Below are positions 1-8,739 of a DNA stretch of 19,547 nt, in pieces (the first letter of the stretch is position 1; the number at the start of each line of letters is the position of its first letter). The stretch spans positions 1 through 19,547 of the forward strand of contig JBFGZE010000066.1 of NCBI GenBank assembly GCA_041586955.1. Reading direction: 5' to 3'. This DNA is from Bacteriovoracaceae bacterium. GTDB lineage: Bacteria > Bdellovibrionota > Bacteriovoracia > Bacteriovoracales > Bacteriovoracaceae. A model generated the notes under the pieces. The model worked only from the letters and a program-made list of their open reading frames with translations, had not been told where the DNA came from and did not search any database. The translations under genes and the position numbers were made by a program.

Positions 1-53
1 AGGCCCAAACAATTTATTTCCACGTAATAGACAATTAACATTGGAGGATTCTC

Positions 54-659
54 ATGAAGCTTCTTCAAAGTAATGTCTTCCTTGTAATTGGTTCATTTAT
101 TTTGGGGGGAATTAGTAGCTATGTTATTAGTGATTATATTCGATTAAGAAAAGAATCAAATACTGTGAATTTAGCAGTTACAAAAAAGAAGTCTTTTGAT
201 GGAAGGCCATCTCAAAGTCAGAAACGCCAAGACAAGATCGACCCTTTTTCTCAAATGGACAAAATTCATGACCGGATGTTAAAGCAGATGGACCAGGCAT
301 TCGGAGGAGGGCGTCTTTTTAGTAATAGTTTTTTTGATTCGAGTAATTTGGGAGATATGAAGTCTGATGGCATAAAAGTAGAAGAACACGAAGATGATGA
401 TTTCAAATATATTGAAGTTATTGCAGATGGTATTGATAAAGATTCATTAAATATCAAAATATCTAATGGCATAATTTCAATCTCTGGTGAAATAAGAAAT
501 ATGGATAATAACCAGGGATATGGTCGTCGATCTATGTCGAGCTTTGTCTCTTCATTTCACCAGAGCTTTAATGTCCCAAGCGGTGTAAACGAGCAGAAAG
601 TCAAAATAGATACAAAAGATAATAAAATAATAATTAAGTTCCCATGGGACAAAGTATGA
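54..659 (+). CDS. Small heat-shock protein (Hsp20/alpha-crystallin family) with an N-terminal transmembrane segment
   Basis: C-terminal alpha-crystallin-like motifs (GIDKDSLNIKISNGIISISGE; SSFHQSFNVP...KIIIKFP); hydrophobic residues ~8-25; SD GGAGG at 43-47. Confidence 0.85.
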   Translation: MKLLQSNVFLVIGSFILGGISSYVISDYIRLRKESNTVNLAVTKKKSFDGRPSQSQKRQDKIDPFSQMDKIHDRMLKQMDQAFGGGRLFSNSFFDSSNLGDMKSDGIKVEEHEDDDFKYIEVIADGIDKDSLNIKISNGIISISGEIRNMDNNQGYGRRSMSSFVSSFHQSFNVPSGVNEQKVKIDTKDNKIIIKFPWDKV

Positions 660-669
660 GGAGGTAATT

Positions 670-1407
670 GTGCTTGAGGTAAACTCGATCTCTAAGAAAT
701 TTGGTGATTTTCAAGCGGTAAAAGATGTTAGTTTTAAGGCCAAGCAGGGAGAAGTACTGGGCTTTTTAGGGCCAAACGGTGCTGGTAAATCGACTACTAT
801 GAAAATGATAACGGGGTTTTTGGATGTCGGCGAAGGGGATGCCACAATATGTGGGAAGTCCATACTCTCGGATACTCTCGATGCGCAGAAAAATATAGGC
901 TACGTTCCAGAAAATGCTCCCTTGTATGAAGAAATGTATGTGAGGGAGTTTTTAGAGTTTATCGCTCGAATGCGCGAAGTAGAAGAAGATAAGCTTAGTG
1001 CAAGAATCATTGATGTGATTAATATGTGTGCACTCCAAGAAGTAGAATTTCAAAAGATTGAAACACTTTCTAAAGGATATAAGCGGAGGGTTTCGTTAGC
1101 TCAATCTCTAGTGCATGACCCCAAGGTGTTAATTTTAGATGAGCCTACTGATGGGCTTGATCCTAATCAAAAGCACGATGTAAGAGAGCTTATTAAGGAG
1201 CTCGCAAAAGAAAAATGTATTCTTATTTCTACTCACATTCTAGAAGAGGTGGAAGAGGTTTGCGATAGATGTATCATTATCGGTGAAGGTGAAAAGCTCT
1301 TTGAGGGGACTCCTGCGGAGTTGAAGGGGAAATCATCTAGGGGAAGAATTCAAGATGTTTTTAGGTCAATTACGACTGGTGCAACACTAGAGGGGGTAAC
1401 GGCATGA
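670..1407 (+). CDS. ABC transporter ATP-binding protein, GldA-like (ABC-2 type)
   Basis: Walker A GPNGAGKST, signature LSKGYKRR, Walker B LILDEPT, H-loop STHIL; GTG start with SD GAGGAGG overlapping the hsp20 stop. Confidence 0.93.
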   Translation: MLEVNSISKKFGDFQAVKDVSFKAKQGEVLGFLGPNGAGKSTTMKMITGFLDVGEGDATICGKSILSDTLDAQKNIGYVPENAPLYEEMYVREFLEFIARMREVEEDKLSARIIDVINMCALQEVEFQKIETLSKGYKRRVSLAQSLVHDPKVLILDEPTDGLDPNQKHDVRELIKELAKEKCILISTHILEEVEEVCDRCIIIGEGEKLFEGTPAELKGKSSRGRIQDVFRSITTGATLEGVTA

Positions 1408-2150
1408 TTAGTAGTACAACTAAGCACCTATTTATAAAAGAGTTTTCAAGTTATTTCAAATCTCCGTTAGGATATGTTTTTTTAGTCATATTTTTATTCG
1501 GAATAGGCTATTTAACTTTTGAACCTGGACGTGGAAGTTTTTTTTATATGCGAGAAGCTTCGATGACTTCTTTTTTTAGATATATCCCTTGGATGTTTCT
1601 CTTTCTTGTTCCAGCTGTAAGCATGAGATTGTGGTCTGATGAGCGAAAGTCAGGAACCATTGAATTATTGCTGACTATGCCCGTAACAGTGAAACAGGCG
1701 GTTATCGCGAAATTTTTAGCTTCGTGGGTCTTTATTGGGGTGGCATTAGCAGGGACATTTCCAATGGTTTTAACAATCATTTACTTGGGAAGTCCCGATC
1801 TTGGAGTGGTTTTTTTGGGTTATTGTGCCTCTTTTTTAATCGCTGGTGCTCTTCTTGCCATAGGCGGTTTTTTCTCCGCCTTAACTAAAAATCAAGTCAT
1901 TAGTTTTATTCTTACAGTTGTCGTTTGCTTTATTCTATTGATGGCAGGGTCTCCTCCTATTTTGGAATTTATATCTACTTTCTCACCAAAGTATTTCGTC
2001 GATTTATTCGAATCTCTTAGTATTCTCAATCATTTCGATTCGATTGAGCGTGGCGTTTTTAGCTTGAGTAATTTCTGGTTCTTTGCCGTGATGATTATGT
2101 GTTGGCTTTATGGGAATATTGTTCTTTTAAATGAGAATAAGGCAAATTAG
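1404..2150 (+). CDS. ABC-2 permease, GldF-like
   Basis: KEFSSYFKSPLGY, PAVSMRLWSDERKSGTIELLLTMP and SALTKNQVISF motifs; about 6 hydrophobic segments; ATGA overlap with the upstream stop. Confidence 0.9.
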   Translation: MISSTTKHLFIKEFSSYFKSPLGYVFLVIFLFGIGYLTFEPGRGSFFYMREASMTSFFRYIPWMFLFLVPAVSMRLWSDERKSGTIELLLTMPVTVKQAVIAKFLASWVFIGVALAGTFPMVLTIIYLGSPDLGVVFLGYCASFLIAGALLAIGGFFSALTKNQVISFILTVVVCFILLMAGSPPILEFISTFSPKYFVDLFESLSILNHFDSIERGVFSLSNFWFFAVMIMCWLYGNIVLLNENKAN

Positions 2151-2163
2151 GGAGGATATAAAA

Positions 2164-4140
2164 ATGGATAAGCATAAGGAAAATTATCTTAAAGTCATCC
2201 TAGGTCTATTTTGCATGACCTTGATGATTTACATTGGTTCTACTTTATTTAAAAGAGCAAGGATTGACTTTACCCAGGAGAATTTATACACCCTTTCAAA
2301 AGGAACAAAATCGATTCTTTCAAAATTAGATTCTCCTATTAGATTGAAATTGTATTATTCAAAGACTGCAGCAAACAAAGGAACTGAAGGACTAAGGGTC
2401 TTTAATAATCACTACCTTTATGTGCAAGAGCTTTTGCGACAGTATGTAGGTAATTCTAGAAATAACTTAACTCTTGAAATTGTTGATCCTAGGCCAGATA
2501 CTCCTGAAGAAGAAGATGCTATCGCTTATGGCCTAAGAAAGTTCAATTTAACAGATACAGAAAAGTATTTTTTTGGCCTTGTTGCTGAAAATGAATCGGG
2601 AACAGAAAAAGTTATCGATTTTTTTGACCCTAACCAAAAAGATAAGCTTGAATATGAGCTTACTAAATTAATTTTCACAGTACTTAAGCCCCAGAAAAAA
2701 ACTATTGGAATAATTTCTTCATTGGATGTAATGACTGATAATGTCAGTCCTCAGATTGCACAAATAATGAGAATGCAAGGAAAGAGTGTCGATGATTCTT
2801 GGATTATTACAAAGCTTCTATCTGATTTTTATAAAGTTATTAAAATAGATAAAGAAGTTGATAGTATTACAGGCGTTGATTCTCTTGTCGTTATTCATCC
2901 AAGAGGATTTTCGGATAAAACACTATTTGCAATTGATCAATATGTTATGAAAGGTGGGGGATTACTGGTTTTTGTTGATCCGAGTGCCGTCTCTGATCAA
3001 AGCACGGCCATGTATGGTGGAATGTCCAGCTCTCCTGATGCTGGCTTTAGAAAACTTATGGATAAATGGGGGATAGAAGCTGCCGCAAACACTTTTGCAG
3101 GAGATAAATATCTTAGTGGCATGGGAAGGTTCAATGCGAATATGCCCGCTGGTCGCTTACTTGCCCTTTTAAATTGTAATACATCTTGTACCAATGAGTA
3201 TAATGACAATATTACTTCTGGCGTTAATAACTCCACATTTGTCTTTCCCGGAGCTTTAACAGCGAGGAAAGTTGAAGGTGTTAAATTAACTCCTATTATG
3301 TCAACAACATCAAAAGGTAATTCTTATACCGCTTCAGGTTATGAGCTGAATAACCCTCAAGCATTATGGAGTAAATTTAGTGAGGGAAGTGAACCCGTCA
3401 TAATAGCTTATAAGGCATTAGGGAGATATAAAACAGCATTTCCTAGTGGTATTAAAATAGATGAAAAAAGTGACTCTAAAGACAAGATAAAGTCTGACAA
3501 AGAAAAAAATAAGGCAATCGACATTATTAAAGAATCCACGAAAGAAACAGCGATTATCGTTTTCTCAGACGTAGATTTTTTAAATGACCAATTTGCCTTT
3601 AAAAATACATTTTTGGGGCCAGCAGTTGCCAATGACAATAGTACGCTCTTTTTAAATAGCGTTGAGGCACTGACTGGAGATATTGACCTTATGAGTGTTA
3701 GATCAAAAGGCAGAATTAATCGCACTTTTGACGTTATTAATCAAATTGAGCTTGAAGCAGAAAAGCGCACAGCGGCTAAAGTAAAAGAGATTAATGCAAG
3801 TATTGGGCGTTTTCAAACTGAACTAAACCAACTCGGCAGAAAAGTGAATGAAGGAAATATTGCATTACTTCAGAACGAGGGAGTCAGAAAAAAGAAGGAA
3901 CTGGCCAAAAAAATAGCGGTGCTTAAGAAAGAGTTAAGGTCTGTAAAGAGACAAGGCCGTGAAAAGATTGAAGGAATTGGAAAGTTTTTTCAATATTTAA
4001 ATACGTTATTTGTACCGATTTTAATCATCATTTTTGGTGTAATTTATAATAGAAAAAGGAATCGGTTAATGGATGCTCATAGAGTGTCAAAATGCTTAAA
4101 TGAAAATACAAATTCTAATCTTACGGAGGTGAAGGTATGA
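2164..4140 (+). CDS. GldG-like ABC transporter auxiliary component (GIFT domain)
   Basis: RIDFTQENLYTLSKGTKSIL, LEYELT and IDQYVMKGG motifs; N- and C-terminal TM segments; coiled-coil-like stretch before the last TM. Start moved from 2131 to ATG 2164 because of SD GGAGG at 2151-2155. Confidence 0.88.
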   Translation: MDKHKENYLKVILGLFCMTLMIYIGSTLFKRARIDFTQENLYTLSKGTKSILSKLDSPIRLKLYYSKTAANKGTEGLRVFNNHYLYVQELLRQYVGNSRNNLTLEIVDPRPDTPEEEDAIAYGLRKFNLTDTEKYFFGLVAENESGTEKVIDFFDPNQKDKLEYELTKLIFTVLKPQKKTIGIISSLDVMTDNVSPQIAQIMRMQGKSVDDSWIITKLLSDFYKVIKIDKEVDSITGVDSLVVIHPRGFSDKTLFAIDQYVMKGGGLLVFVDPSAVSDQSTAMYGGMSSSPDAGFRKLMDKWGIEAAANTFAGDKYLSGMGRFNANMPAGRLLALLNCNTSCTNEYNDNITSGVNNSTFVFPGALTARKVEGVKLTPIMSTTSKGNSYTASGYELNNPQALWSKFSEGSEPVIIAYKALGRYKTAFPSGIKIDEKSDSKDKIKSDKEKNKAIDIIKESTKETAIIVFSDVDFLNDQFAFKNTFLGPAVANDNSTLFLNSVEALTGDIDLMSVRSKGRINRTFDVINQIELEAEKRTAAKVKEINASIGRFQTELNQLGRKVNEGNIALLQNEGVRKKKELAKKIAVLKKELRSVKRQGREKIEGIGKFFQYLNTLFVPILIIIFGVIYNRKRNRLMDAHRVSKCLNENTNSNLTEVKV

Positions 4141-5165
4141 AACTAAGTTCTCTTTTGACTTTTACGGGAGTGCTATTTGTTTTATCACTATTTGTTTATA
4201 CCAGTGAGAACAAGAGAGGAACAGATCTCTTGAGCGGAAGCGATTATATAAAGGGTCTCGATATCGGTAAAATTCATAAAATAATATTGAGCTTTAATGG
4301 AAATAAGAAGATTACTCTGACTCGCGACTCCGGACGTTTTGTGCTAGAAAACCATAAGTCTTATCCTGCGGCTTCCGATAAAGTAAATGAGCTAATCTAT
4401 AAAGTGGCCAGTATTCAAGTAAATAAGAAAATTACATCTAGGCCGTCTGAGGAAGATCTTAAAAAGTATGAGTTAGATACAAAGTCCAGTAAGTACCTTG
4501 TCGAACTTTATGATAATAATGGTAAAAAAACTGTTTCTTTTAGAGTTGGGAAAAATCACAAAGGGAAAGGTAATTATCTTTATAAAGAGGGACAAAATGA
4601 TGTTTACCTTTCAAATGCTACCTTATGGATAAACTCTTCTTATAAAGACTTTGTCGATACACTTCTTTTGGATATCAATAAAGATAAAATAGAAAAAATA
4701 TCGTTGAAGTCTGATAAAAACTTAGAAATTGCGAAAAAAGAGAATGAATTTAAAATTGTGGCACCCGAGAATTTGAAAGTTAAAAAGGACAAACTAGAGG
4801 AGTATACAAAAAGTTTCTCTTCAATTCGATTCGACGATTTTTATACGTTAACAGAACCCAAGGTTCGTAGTCTTAGCTTTGATAAGGATATCAAAATACA
4901 ACTTAAAAATAAGCTTGTTTACAAGGTGAGTTTGGCCAAAGATAAAGATGATCATTTTTTAAGACTTACGGCGCTACTGGAAGAAAACCCTAGGCAATTT
5001 GTCGTAAGACAAGAGGATGGAAAAGAGGAACTTCAAAAGATTGAAGATACTATTAAAGCTCAGAGTGACGCCCAGAGGCTTAACTTAGAGAAGGGGGCAT
5101 GGGTTTATAAAGTTAATCAGTCTGTTTATGAAAAGTTAGCTAAGGACTCTAAGTTTTTCTTATGA
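4137..5165 (+). CDS. DUF4340-like membrane-anchored extracytoplasmic protein
   Basis: N-terminal signal anchor; internally repeated domain; usual fourth gene after GldA/F/G-like genes; ATGA overlap and SD GGAGGTG. Confidence 0.72.
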   Translation: MKLSSLLTFTGVLFVLSLFVYTSENKRGTDLLSGSDYIKGLDIGKIHKIILSFNGNKKITLTRDSGRFVLENHKSYPAASDKVNELIYKVASIQVNKKITSRPSEEDLKKYELDTKSSKYLVELYDNNGKKTVSFRVGKNHKGKGNYLYKEGQNDVYLSNATLWINSSYKDFVDTLLLDINKDKIEKISLKSDKNLEIAKKENEFKIVAPENLKVKKDKLEEYTKSFSSIRFDDFYTLTEPKVRSLSFDKDIKIQLKNKLVYKVSLAKDKDDHFLRLTALLEENPRQFVVRQEDGKEELQKIEDTIKAQSDAQRLNLEKGAWVYKVNQSVYEKLAKDSKFFL

Positions 5166-5174
5166 CTCTACTAC

Positions 5175-5199
5175 GGGGAAGTCATTCCCCTTTTATTTT
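5175..5199 (+). terminator. Intrinsic terminator of the hsp20/Gld-like operon
   Basis: Hairpin GGGGAA-gtca-TTCCCC followed by TTTTATTTT, starting 10 nt after the stop at 5165. Confidence 0.75.
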
Positions 5200-5243
5200 C
5201 TTGTGATTATTTCTGGAGTTTGTCACTTGAAAGTGAGATAATT

Positions 5244-5258
5244 GCTCCTTAAAGGAGC
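5244..5258 (+). promoter_or_regulatory. Inverted repeat covering the Shine-Dalgarno of the 5265 gene
   Basis: GCTCCTT-A-AAGGAGC is a perfect inverted repeat whose right arm is the SD AAGGAG; function inferred. Confidence 0.45.
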
Positions 5259-5264
5259 TCGCTT

Positions 5265-5771
5265 GTGATTAAAAAACAAACTTCCCAAAAAACTGAAGTA
5301 AAAAGAATAGGAGGATATCTTAAAGAAATCGTCACATTTTTTGATGATTCAGGAAGACCCATAGGGCATGTTATGAATCCTCTAATGGTTGAGCTTAGGC
5401 CGCGCGACATTGCTCAAATTTTTGTGGGCTCGTTTTTTGTCGCAGCACCCCTATGTCTAACTGAGGAAGTTTGGAAGCTGAGTGAAGATTTACCACTGGC
5501 GAATACTTTTGGATTGATGCTATGTTCTTTTGGCATTGTGGTTAGTTTTGTTTTTTTTAACTTTTATAGATTTAAGTTAAAAGGTCATATTGTTGATTTT
5601 TTAAAGCGGATTTTTGCAATTTACTTCATCTCTACTTTTAGTGTGTTGATGATGCTGGCTTTGATTAATAAACTTCCTTTTGAGCTAACGCCCTTAGTTG
5701 CATTTAAGAGGGTTATAATAATTGGTTTTCCGAGTATTTTTGGTGGAGTCATTACGGATTATTTAAAATGA
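5265..5771 (+). CDS. DUF2391-like integral membrane protein
   Basis: PLMVELRPRDIAQIFVGS...PLCLTEEVWKLS motif; about 4 TM segments; GTG start with SD AAGGAG. Confidence 0.75.
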   Translation: MIKKQTSQKTEVKRIGGYLKEIVTFFDDSGRPIGHVMNPLMVELRPRDIAQIFVGSFFVAAPLCLTEEVWKLSEDLPLANTFGLMLCSFGIVVSFVFFNFYRFKLKGHIVDFLKRIFAIYFISTFSVLMMLALINKLPFELTPLVAFKRVIIIGFPSIFGGVITDYLK

Positions 5772-6235
5772 ATATTTTCATTCTTGATTATAATCCTATT
5801 CGAGCGGCACAGATGCAATGTGATAAACATATTGTAAAAATGCCCTTAGAAACGGCCCAATTGCTTTGTTCGGCATTTCCAAGTGGAAGCGCTCCCTATA
5901 AATTAACTCACCTTAATCACCCCTGCTCAGTCTGGTGTCGAAAGTCTGTTGAAAATTATACGTGGTTAATAGAGCACGGATTGGCGCTTTGTGATGAGTA
6001 CACTTTTCGTTATGGTAGGACTCATAAATCTAGAGATGTTATATTGTGGTGTAAAAATAATATTGGCAAAATTCAATTTCCTCAAAAAGGGAAAACTAAT
6101 TATGTGCTTTGTTTTGATGACCAGCATAAAGTGGGAAATGCCGTTCAGAGTTACCGAGCTTATTATAAGCATGAAAAAATAAAAATTGCCCGATGGAGGA
6201 AGAGTCGGGCAGCTCCTAATTGGTTTATTTCTTAG
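5768..6235 (+). CDS. Pyrimidine-dimer DNA glycosylase / T4 endonuclease V-like family protein
   Basis: MNIF...CDKHIVKMPLETAQLL, THLNHPCSVW, LCDEYTFRYGRTHKS and AVQSYRAYY motifs; ATGA overlap with the upstream stop. Confidence 0.8.
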   Translation: MNIFILDYNPIRAAQMQCDKHIVKMPLETAQLLCSAFPSGSAPYKLTHLNHPCSVWCRKSVENYTWLIEHGLALCDEYTFRYGRTHKSRDVILWCKNNIGKIQFPQKGKTNYVLCFDDQHKVGNAVQSYRAYYKHEKIKIARWRKSRAAPNWFIS

Positions 6236-6263
6236 ATATAAAACCATTCCAATTTACTTTAAT

Positions 6264-7283
6264 TTAACCCAAGTCAAAGTCTTGATGGCCAGGGATATTT
6301 TCAGGAACTGGCTCGATGATACTTACTCCTAAGTGAAGAATTCTTGTGCCGGCATCACAGTTTGGCCTCACATTTTTTCCAATTACTATTCCTGAGCGGT
6401 CAGCGCGAATTTCCTCTTTGACTTGGCCGAAGACATCATAAACTTTTGCTATAATTTGTCCTTCGTCAATCTCATCGGCCAAGTTGGGGAGAACATCAAC
6501 AATTCCCCCTTTATTAGAGTATATCCAATAGGATTGTTCACAAACTGTTGCGTTTGTTACCATGTCTTTGACTTCACCATTAATCATTTTTAAGTAGCGC
6601 AAAGTATTTAAAATACCTTCTAAGGTTTCATCAATTAATAAATGCTGAAATGCATTTGGGTTTCCAATTTCAATTGTAATAGCAGGAATACCGTTATCAT
6701 TCGCCCATGCTCTTAAAGTTCCACTTTCATCAAATTTCTTCACAATGATTTGAGGGTTTTGTAGGTAGGCCAAGGTACGCGTTTCCTCATTTTCGATATC
6801 TGCTCTTAGGTATAGGCTATTTACTCGACCATGACTGGCCGTGTGGAGGTCTAACAGATAATCAAATTTTTTGACAATCTTTGTTACAAAGTAATGTGCA
6901 TAAAGATTACTTGTTACGCCATCAGGCTTACCGGGCATTATTCTATTTAAATCGACATGATCTGAAAAATGCCTTTGATTCATGAGATAACCAGGAACAT
7001 TACTTATTGGAACTAGCACAAGAGTTCCAGATAAAGTGGAAGGGTCAATTTCATCTATCAGCTTAAATATCGTAGAAATACCATTTAGCTCGTTACCATG
7101 TATTGCTGCAGTGAGCCCGACGGTTGGGCCTTTCTTAAGTCCTCTTATAATAATGATAGGTATTCGCCAAGGTACTCCAAGGGAATTATCAGATAGTAGT
7201 ATTTGAAGCCTATGAACTTGTCCTCTCTTGAGAGAGGAAATTTTCAAATCTTCCTTTGTTTTGATAACTAGAATATCATTCAT
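6264..7283 (-). CDS. Succinylglutamate desuccinylase/aspartoacylase family zinc amidohydrolase (M14-like)
   Basis: Zn ligands HGNE (H62, E65) and DLHT, DLNR motif, catalytic ITIEIG, C-terminal biotinyl/lipoyl-like barrel-sandwich region; SD AGGAG overlapping the upstream stop. Confidence 0.9.
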   Translation of the reverse strand: MNDILVIKTKEDLKISSLKRGQVHRLQILLSDNSLGVPWRIPIIIIRGLKKGPTVGLTAAIHGNELNGISTIFKLIDEIDPSTLSGTLVLVPISNVPGYLMNQRHFSDHVDLNRIMPGKPDGVTSNLYAHYFVTKIVKKFDYLLDLHTASHGRVNSLYLRADIENEETRTLAYLQNPQIIVKKFDESGTLRAWANDNGIPAITIEIGNPNAFQHLLIDETLEGILNTLRYLKMINGEVKDMVTNATVCEQSYWIYSNKGGIVDVLPNLADEIDEGQIIAKVYDVFGQVKEEIRADRSGIVIGKNVRPNCDAGTRILHLGVSIIEPVPENIPGHQDFDLG

Positions 7284-7297
7284 AATATTAAATTCTC

Positions 7298-8725
7298 CTA
7301 TATTTGAATTTCTTTAAGTAGGGATTGGTCATTATCTAAAGATTTAAAGAGCTTTGTTCTAAATTGGCCCTTTTTATTTATTAGATTTTGTGCCATTTCA
7401 TCAATTGCAACAATTGAAAGTACTGTTTGAATATAAGCTTCGATTAAATCATCAGTCCCAACACCAAGGGTGTTAAAATCTTTTCTATCCATTAGCATTA
7501 GTCTTGAAGTGTCAGAGTCCCATTGGTTCTCAGCGACTTTTACAGATAGGTTTGTCCCTAACACTTCCCAGCTATTATCGGGGGTAGTTTTTTCAAGTGG
7601 TGTTCTTGCTCTTCGAGCATAAATAGCACAAGGAAGAAATCCCTTTGGAGAGGAATAAACCATTACCCTTAGGTCAGCAATAAAAATATTCCCTTTTTTA
7701 TTGGGAACAGTTCCAACGTGAAAGAACCTTCCATGTTCACTATGGGAACTCCAGTCATAATGGCCAATTAAGCTTTGAACAATAAATTGGTCATAAGGAT
7801 GTTCCGTTTTCATAAAATTTTCCAACTCAGTTTCATTAGTTATTGTAAATACACCTTGTCCTGCATTTGAATAAGGGTTTTTAACAACTGCTTTTCCTCC
7901 AAACTTCTGGACCCAGAGGGGAATCTCCAATTTACTAACATCTTTAATTGTCTCGGGCATGTTGATTTTTAAACCACTGTCAGCAATATTAGCATTGTAA
8001 ATCTCATAGGCCTTATTTGCTAAAAGCTTATTTCGTCCACCAGCAAGACATGCCAGGGTGGAGTTATAGATAAAGGTCTTGGAAGTTATGGGTAATCTAT
8101 TCCAAGGTTTTTGAGTGACATATCTAAAGGCGGCCCTAATCGGTATCCTCTCATTCTCTTTGGTTGTAATTATCATTACACCATCTTCAAAAGAAATCGA
8201 CTGCTCGGCCCCATTGAAATGAGGTACTAGGTAAACCTTCTCTCCCGTTAAGTCGGCGAGAGTGGCGGCATAACCAGAAGTTTCCATATAATTTTTGTCA
8301 TAAATTACAGCAAGTGCTCCCTTGGGGAGTCTTTTTTTTCTAAGTAATGGTAAAAAAGAATTTTCTATTAAATATTTATAACCTCTATGATCGTCAGAAT
8401 CATTTCTGGGGGGCATAGACTTTTGTCCAGATGGACAGGAGTTAGTCTCAAGTACCACCATCCTTCTATTTCCAAGTTCCGTTGTGACATAAAATAGGTC
8501 AGCACCTCCCCAGTGAAAATGCTTACTTTGTCCTTTTAATATTTTGCTCAAGACATTGGGGTCAACCTGAGGATTTAGGTGATTATACCTTTTTATAATC
8601 CGATCATGGTCGAGATTAAAAAAATGACTAACCATCGCGTGCAATTGTGAATTGAGCGCCTTCGGGTAAAAGTGGTTTTCTTGTTCAAAATTATCTGGCC
8701 CTATGACTTCTATTACTTTCTTCAT
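7298..8725 (-). CDS. ATP-grasp-like amide ligase, apparently circularly permuted
   Basis: N-terminal GADLF...MVVLETNSCPSG (ExN motif), then AVVKNPYSNAGQGV, FIVQSLI and ADLRVMV. Start moved from 8737 to ATG 8725 because of an upstream GGAG SD. Confidence 0.72.
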   Translation of the reverse strand: MKKVIEVIGPDNFEQENHFYPKALNSQLHAMVSHFFNLDHDRIIKRYNHLNPQVDPNVLSKILKGQSKHFHWGGADLFYVTTELGNRRMVVLETNSCPSGQKSMPPRNDSDDHRGYKYLIENSFLPLLRKKRLPKGALAVIYDKNYMETSGYAATLADLTGEKVYLVPHFNGAEQSISFEDGVMIITTKENERIPIRAAFRYVTQKPWNRLPITSKTFIYNSTLACLAGGRNKLLANKAYEIYNANIADSGLKINMPETIKDVSKLEIPLWVQKFGGKAVVKNPYSNAGQGVFTITNETELENFMKTEHPYDQFIVQSLIGHYDWSSHSEHGRFFHVGTVPNKKGNIFIADLRVMVYSSPKGFLPCAIYARRARTPLEKTTPDNSWEVLGTNLSVKVAENQWDSDTSRLMLMDRKDFNTLGVGTDDLIEAYIQTVLSIVAIDEMAQNLINKKGQFRTKLFKSLDNDQSLLKEIQI

Positions 8726-8739
8726 AATTATCTCCAAAA

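Noticed and set aside
266..3725. Antisense ORFs 266-472, 1544-1780, 2997-3236 and 3408-3725
   Set aside because: Fully inside well-supported + strand genes and without recognisable motifs; shadow ORFs
5966..6247. ORFs 5966-6247 (-) and 5991-6182 (+)
   Set aside because: Overlap the motif-supported glycosylase-like gene; no independent evidence
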